Source: Eledone cirrhosa (lineage: Eukaryota). Taken from it: a stretch of 64,000 nucleotides of DNA. The translations under genes and the position numbers were made by a program. Each line of letters opens with the position of its first letter. Position 1 is the stretch's first letter. The stretch is taken from the NCBI GenBank assembly GCA_964016885.1, contig OZ024741.1, forward strand, positions 356,934,001 through 356,998,000, in the 5' to 3' direction. The notes below the pieces were generated by a model. It had not been told where the DNA came from. It saw nothing but the letters and a program-made list of their open reading frames with translations, and searched no databases. This document shows positions 56,300-64,000 of the stretch, piece by piece.

Positions 56300-59200
56300 A
56301 CACAGTCTTCACCACTACCATCAAGACCCTTACTGTTACAGTCTTCACCACTACCATCAAGGCTCCTACTGTTAAAAAGTCTTCACCACTGCCATCAAGA
56401 CTCCTACTGTTACACAGTCTTCACCACTACCATCAAGACCCCTACTGTTACAGTCTTCACCATTACCATCAAGACCCCTACTGTTACACAGTCTTCACCA
56501 CTACCATCAAGACTCCTACTGTTACACAGTCTTCACCATTACCATCAAGACCCCTACTGTTACACAGTCTTCACCACTACCATCAAGATACTACTGTTAC
56601 ACAGTCTTCACCACTGCCATCAAGACCCCCACTGTTACACAGTCTTCACCACTACCATCAAGACCCCTACTGTTACACAGTCTTCACCACTACCATCAAG
56701 ACTCCTACTGTTACACAGTCTTCACCATTACCATCAAGACCCCTACTATTACACAGTCTTCACCACTGCCATCAAGACCCATACTGTTACACAGTCTTCA
56801 CCACTGCCATCAAGACTCCTACTGTTACACAGTCTTCACCACTACCATCAAGACCCATACTGTTACACAGTCTTCACCACTACCATCAAGACTCCTACTG
56901 TTACACAGTCTTCACCATTACCATCAAGACCCCTACTATTACACAGTCTTCACCACTGCCATCAAGACCCCTACTGTTACACAGTCTTCACCATTACCAT
57001 CAAGACCCCTACTATTACACAGTCTTCACCACTGCCATCAAGACCCCTACTGTTACACAGTCTTCACCATTACCATCAAGACCCCTACTATTACACAGTC
57101 TTCACCACTGCCATCAAGACCCCTACTGTTACACAGTCTTCACCATTACCATCAAGACCCCTACTGTTACACAGTCTTCACCACTGCCATCAAGACCCAT
57201 ACTGTTACACAGTCTTCACCACTACCATCAAGACCCCTACTGTTACACAGTCTTCACCACTACCATCAAGACCCCTACTGTTACAGTCTTCACCACTACC
57301 ATCAAGACTCCTACTGTTACACAGTCTTCACCACTACCATCAAGACCCCTACTGTTACAGTCTTCACCACTACCATCAAGACCCATACTGTTACACAGTC
57401 TTCACCACTGCCATCAAGACTCCTACTGTTACACAGTCTTCACCACTACCATCAAGACCCATACTGTTACACAGTCTTCACCACTACCATCAAGACTCCT
57501 ACTGTTACACAGTCTTCACCATTACCATCAAGACCCCTACTATTACACAGTCTTCACCACTGCCATCAAGACCCCTACTGTTACACAGTCTTCACCATTA
57601 CCATCAAGACCCCTACTATTACACAGTCTTCACCACTGCCATCAAGACCCCTACTGTTACACAGTCTTCACCATTACCATCAAGACCCCTACTATTACAC
57701 AGTCTTCACCACTGCCATCAAGACAACTACTGTTACACAGTCTTCACCATTACCATCAAGACTCCTACTGTTACCCAGTCTTCACCACTGCCATCAAGAC
57801 TCCTACTGTTACACAGTCTTCACCATTACCATCAAGACTCATACTGTTACACAGTCTTCACCACTACCATCAAGACTCCTACTGTTACACAGTCTTCACC
57901 ACTACCATCAAGACCCCTACTGTTACAGTCTTCACCACTACCATCAAGACTCCTACTGTTACACAGTCTTCACCACTACCATCAAGACCCCTACTATTAC
58001 ACAGTCTTCACCACTGCCATCAAGACCCATACTGTTACACAGTCTTCACCACTACCATCAAGACTCCTACTGTTACACAGTCTTCACCATTACCATCAAG
58101 ACTCCTACTGTTACCCAGTCTTCACCACTACCATCACGACTCCTACTGTTACACAGTCTTCACCACTGCCATCAAGACAACTACTGTTACACAGTCTTCA
58201 CCATTACCATCAAGACTCCTACTGTTACCCAGTCTTCACCACTACCATCAAGACTCCTACTGTTACCCAGTCTTCACCACTACCATCAAGACTCCTACTG
58301 TTACCCAGTCTTCACCACTACCATCAAGACTCCTACTGTTACACAGTCTTCACCACTGCCATCAAGACAACTACTGTTACACAGTCTTCACCATTACCAT
58401 CAAGACCCCTACTGTTACAGTCTTCACCACTGCCATCAAAACTCCTACTGTTACACAGTCTTCACCGCTACCATCAAGACCCATACTGTTACACAGTCTT
58501 CACCACTACCATCAAGACTCCTACTGTTACACAGTCTTCACTACTACCATCAAGAGCCCTACTGTTACACATTCTTCACCATTACCATCAAGACTCCTAC
58601 TGTTACACAGTCTTCACCACTACCATCAAGACTCCTACTGTTACACAGTCTTCACCACTACCATCAAGACTCCTACTGTTACACAGTCTTCACCACTACC
58701 ATCAAGACTCCTACTGTTACACAGTGTTCACCACTACCATCAAGACCCATACTGTTACACAGTCTTCACCTCTTCCATCAAGACTCCTACTGTTACACAG
58801 TCTTCACCACTACCATCAAGACCCCTACTGTTACACAGTCTTCACCACTACCATCAAGACTCCTACTGTTACACAGTCTTCACCACTGCCATCAAGAACC
58901 CTACTGTTACACAGTCTTCACCACTACCATCAAGACTCCTACTGTTACGCAGTCTTCACCACTACCATCAAGACTCCTACTGTTACACAGTCTTCACCAC
59001 TACCATCAAGACTCCTACTGTTACGCAGTCTTCACCACTACCATCAAGCCTCCTACTGTTACTCAGTCTTCACCACTACCATCAAGACTCCTACTGTTAC
59101 GCAGTCTTCACCACTACCATCAAGACTCCTACTGTTACACAGTCTTCACCATTACCATCAAGACTCCTACTGTTACACAGTCTTCACCACTACCATCAAG

Positions 59201-62200
59201 ACCCCTACTGTTACACAGTCTTCACCACTACCATCAAGACTCCTACTGTTACACAGTCTTCACCACTACCATCAAGACTCCTACTGTTACAGTCTTCACC
59301 ACTACCATCAAGACTCCTACTGTTACACAGTCTTCACCACTACCATCAAGACTCCTACTGTTACAGTCTTCACCACTGCCATCAAGACTCCTACTGTTAC
59401 ACAGTCTTCACCACTGCCATCAAGACTCCTACTGTTACACAGTCTTCACCACTGCCATCAAGACCCCTACTGTTACACAGTCTTCAACACTGCCATCAAG
59501 ACTCCTACTGTTACACAGTCTTCACCACTACCATCAAGACTCCTACTGTTACACAGTCTTCACCATTACCATCAAGACTCCTACTGTTACACAGTCTTCA
59601 CCACTACCATCAAGACTGCTACTGTTACACAGTCTTCACCACTACCATCAAGACTCCTACTGTTACACAGTCTTCACCACTACCATCAAGACTCCTACTG
59701 TTACACAGTCTTCACCACTACCATCAAGACTCCTACTGTTACAGTCTTCACCACTACCATCAATACCCCTACTGTTACACAGTCTTCACCATTACCATCA
59801 AGACTCCTACTGTTACACAGTCTTCACCACTACAATCAAGACTCCTACTGTTACAGTCTTCACCACTACCATCAAGACTCCTACTGTTACACAGTCTTCA
59901 CCACTGCCATCAAGACTCCTACTGTTACACAGTCTTCACCACTACCATCAAGAACCCTACTGTTACACAGTCTTCACCACTGCCATCAAGACCCCTACTG
60001 TTACACAGTCTTCACCACTGCCATCAAGACCCCTACTCTTACACAGTCTTCACCACTACCATCAAGACTCCTACTGTTACAGTCTTCACCACTACCATCA
60101 AGACTCCTACTGTTACACAGTCTTCACCACTACCATCAAGACCCCTACTGTTACACAGTCTTCACCACTACCATCAAGACTCCTACTGTTATACAGTCTT
60201 CACCACTACCATCAAGACCCCTACTGTTACACAGTCTTCACCACTACCATCAAGACCCCTACTGTTACACAGTCTTCACCACTACCATCAAGACTCCTAC
60301 TGTTACACAGTCTTCACCACTACCATCAAGACCCCTACTGTTACACAGTCTTCACCACTACCATCAAGACTCCTACTGTTATACAGTCTTCACCACTACC
60401 ATCAAGACCCCTACTGTTACAGTCTTCACCACTACTATCAAGACCCCTACTGTTACACAGTCTTCATCACTACCATCAAGACTCCTACTGTTACAGTCTT
60501 CACCACTACTATCAAGACCCCTACTGTTACACAGTCTTCACCACTGCCATCAAGACTCCTACTATTACACAGTCTTCACCACTACCATCAAGACCCCTAC
60601 TGTTACACAGTCTTCACCACTACCATCAAGACTCCTACTGTTACACAGTCTTCACCACTACCATCAATACTCCTACTATTACACAGTCTTCACCACTACC
60701 ATCAAGACCCCTACTGTTACACAGTCTTCACCATTACCATCAAGACTCCTACTATTACACAGTCTTCACCACTACCATCAAGACCCCTACTGTTACACAG
60801 TCTTCACCATTACCATCAAGACCCCTACTGTTACACAGTCTTCACCATTACCATCAAGACTCCTACTATTACACAGTCTTCACCACTACCATCAAGACCC
60901 CTACTGTTACACAGTCTTCACCACTGCCATGTAGACTCCTACTGTTACACAGTCTTCACCACTACCATCAAGACCCCTACTGTTACACAGTCTTCACCAC
61001 TACCATCAAGACTCCTACTGTTACACAGTCTTCACCACTACCATCAAGACCCCTACTGTTACACAGTCTTCACCACTACCATCAAGACCCCTACTGTTAC
61101 ACAGTCTTCACCACTACCATCAAGACCCCTACTGTTACACAGTCTTCACCACTACCATCAAGACTCCTACTGTTACACAGTCTTCACCACTACCATCAAG
61201 ACCCCTACTGTTACACAGTCTTCACCACTACCATCAAGACCCCTACTGTTACACAGTCTTCACCACTACCATCAAGACCCCTACTGTTACACAGTCTTCA
61301 CCACTACCATCAAGACTCCTACTGTTACACAGTCTTCACCACTGCCATCAAGACTCCTACTTTTACACAGTCTTCACCACTGCCATCAAGACTCCTACTG
61401 TTACACAGTCTTCACCACTACCATCAAGAACCCTACTGTTACACAGTCTTCACCACTACCATCAAGACCCCTACTGTTACACAGTCTTCACCACTACCAT
61501 CAAGACTCATACTGTTACACAGTCTTCACCACTGCCATCAAGACCCCTACTGTTACACACTCTTCACCACTACCATCAAGACCCCTACTGTTACACAGTC
61601 TTCACCACTGCCATCAAGACCCCTACTGTTACACAGTCTTCACCACTACCATCAAGACCCCTACTGTTACACAGTCTTCACCATTACCATCAAGACCCCT
61701 ACTGTTACACAGTCTTCACCATTACCATCAAGACCCCTACTGTTACACAGTCTTCACCACTACCATCAGGACCCCTACTGTTACACAGTCTTCACCACTA
61801 CCATCAAGACCCCTACTGTTACACAGTCTTCAGAACTACCATCAAGACCCCTACTGTTACACAGTCTTCACCACTACCATCAAGACTCCTACTGTTACAC
61901 AGTGTTCACCATTACCATCAAGACTCCTACTGTTACACAGTCTTCACCACTACCATCAAGACTCCTACTGTTACACAGTCTTCACCACTGCCATCAAGAC
62001 TCCTACTGTTACACAGTCTTCACCACTGCCATCAAGACTCCTACTTTTACACAGTCTTCACCACTGCCATCAAGACTCCTACTGTTACACAGTCTTCACC
62101 ACTACCATCAAGAACCCTACTGTTACACAGTCTTCACCACTACCATCAAGACCCCTACTGTTACAAAGTCTTCACCACTACCATCAAGACTCATACTGTT

Positions 62201-64000
62201 ACACAGTCTTCACCACTGCCATCAAGACCCCTACTGTTACACACTCTTCACCACTACCATCAAGACCCCTACTGTTACACAGTCTTCACCACTGCCATCA
62301 AGACCCCTACTGTTAGACAGTCTTCACCACTACCATCAAGACTCCTACTGTTACACAGTCTTCACCATTACTATCAAGACTCCTACTATTACACAGTCTT
62401 CACCACTACCATCAAGACCCCTACTGTTACACAGTCTTCACCATTACCATCAAGACCCCTACTGTTACACAGTCTTCACCATTACCATCAAGACCCCTAC
62501 TGTTCCACAGTCTTCACCACTGCCATCAAGACCCCTACTGTTACACAGTCTTCACCACTACTATCAAGACCCCTACTGTTACACAGTCTTCACCACTGCC
62601 ATCAATACCCCTACTGTTACACAGTCTTCACCACTACCATCAAGACCCCTACTGTTACACAGTCTTCACCACTACCATCAAGACCCCTACTGTTACACAG
62701 TCTTCACCATTACCATCAAGACCCCTACTGTTACACAGTCTTCACCACTACCATCAATACCCCTACTGTTACACAGTCTTCACCACTGCCATCAAGACCC
62801 CTACTGTTACACAGTCTTCACCACTGCCATCAAGACCCCTACTGTTACACAGTCTTCACCACTACCATCAAGACCCCTACTGTTACACAGTCTTCACCTC
62901 TACCATCAAGACCCCTACTGTTACACAGTCTTCACCACTACCATCAAGACTCCTACTGTTACACACTCTTCACCACTACTATCAAGACCCCTACTGTTAC
63001 ACAGTCTTCACCACTGCCATCAAGACCCCTACTGTTACACAGTCTTCACCACTACCATCAAGACCCCTACTGTTACACAGTCTTGACCACTGCCATCAAG
63101 ACCCCTACTGTTACACAGTCTTCACCACTGCCATCAAGACCCTTACTGTTACAGTCTTCACCACTGCCATCAAGACCCCTACTGTTACAGTCTTCACCAC
63201 TACCATCAAGACTCCTACTGTTACACAGTCTTCACCATTACCATCAAGACCCCTACTGTTACACAGTCTTCACCACTACCATCAAGACCCCTACTGTTAC
63301 ACAGTCTTCACCACTGCCATCAAGACTCCTACTGTTACACAGTCTTCACCACTACCATCAAGACTGCTACTGTTACACAGTCTTCACCACTACCATCAAG
63401 ACTCCTACTGTTACACAGTCTTCACCACTACCATCAAGACCCCTACTGTTACACAGTCTTCACCATTACCATCAAGACCCCTACTGTTACACAGTCTTCA
63501 CCATTACCATCAAGACCCCTACTGTTACACAGTCTTCACCACTACCTTCAGGACCCCTACTGTTACACAGTCTTCACCACTACCATCAAGACCCCTACTG
63601 TTACACAGTCTTCACCACTACCATCAAGACTCCTACTGTTACACAGTCTTCACCACTACCATCAAGACCCCTACTGTTACACAGTCTTCACCACTACCAT
63701 CAAGACCCCTACTGTTACACAGTCTTCACCACTACCATCAAGACCCCTACTGTTACACAGTCTTCACCACTACCATCAAGACTCCTACTGTTACACAGTC
63801 TTCACCACTACCATCAAGACCCCTACTGTTACACAGTCTTCACCACTACCATCAAGACCCCTACTGTTACACAGTCTTCACCACTACCATCAAGACCCCT
63901 ACTGTTACACAGTCTTCACCACTACCATCAAGACTCCTACTGTTACACAGTCTTCACCACTGCCATCAAGACTCCTACTTTTACACAGTCTTCACCACTG
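56300..64000 (+). repeat. Monomeric / short-period domain of the same satellite, lacking the multi-kb HOR marker cassettes
   Basis: No GCTGCAA, CATTAAG or TACGGTT markers were seen and TTCCAC is nearly absent. Private variants are ACTATTAC, TTACCCAG and GACAACTAC. Only short duplications occur (76, 604, 684 bp). Confidence 0.85.

Larger units (their letters stand above)
1..64000 (+). repeat. 38-bp tandem satellite/minisatellite array, about 1,680 head-to-tail monomers, consensus ACTGTTACACAGTCTTCACCACTACCATCAAGACYCCT
   Basis: The monomer is directly visible from base 1 (1-38, 39-76, ...) to base 64000. Consensus composition is A11 C15 G3 T9. Most copies carry 0-3 substitutions. Minor length variants are 36 bp (ACAC>AC), 37 bp (CCCC>CCC) and 39 bp (CCCCC). 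No inversion or insertion was seen. Confidence 0.99.

Noticed and set aside
1401-63086. The ORF-track entries as protein-coding genes
   Set aside because: They overlap in all three frames with the same peptide, mostly start at chance TTG/GTG variants, have no unique domain, and end at sporadic stop variants that are themselves amplified by duplication.
1-64000. CRISPR array (38-bp partly palindromic repeat)
   Set aside because: The repeats are directly head-to-tail with no unique spacers, leader or cas genes.
1-64000. Telomeric repeat (CCCTA resembles CCCTAA; C-rich strand)
   Set aside because: There is only a 5-base match once per monomer and no canonical telomere tract. A subtelomeric location cannot be judged from this window.
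1-64000. C2H2 zinc-finger array or Chi/minisatellite core motif
   Set aside because: The peptide lacks the CxxC...HxxxH spacing and TGEKP linker. GGCAGTGGTG on the - strand only loosely resembles GCTGGTGG.
1-64000. Hidden insertion, inversion or transposon fragment within the array
   Set aside because: Reading through the window I found no non-monomer segment or reverse-orientation monomer. The most divergent units (e.g. ATCCAGACTACTACTGTTATACGG at 19857) still align to the consensus.

Overview
The whole 64 kb is one uninterrupted, single-orientation tandem array of a 38-bp monomer, consensus ACTGTTACACAGTCTTCACCACTACCATCAAGAC(C/T)CCT, about 1,680 copies (64000/38). It runs off both ends of the window. 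I saw no unique sequence, gene, RNA gene, transposon or CRISPR spacer. It looks like eukaryotic satellite/minisatellite DNA, but I cannot name the organism or family. The monomer has no stop codon in any + strand frame and 38 is not a multiple of 3, so every + frame reads the same 38-aa cyclic peptide. This explains the giant ORFs (up to 5,740 aa), which are most likely not genes. The real structure lies in the variant pattern: nested higher-order duplications of 1,059, 3,148, 4,207, about 5,400, 7,622, 3,412 and 3,644 bp, a switch between left and right variant lineages near 16-21 kb, and simpler monomeric zones (about 2.6-5.9 kb, 26-29 kb, 56.3-64 kb) that share rare variants. All offsets were derived by hand from marker variants and the ORF track, so block edges are approximate.
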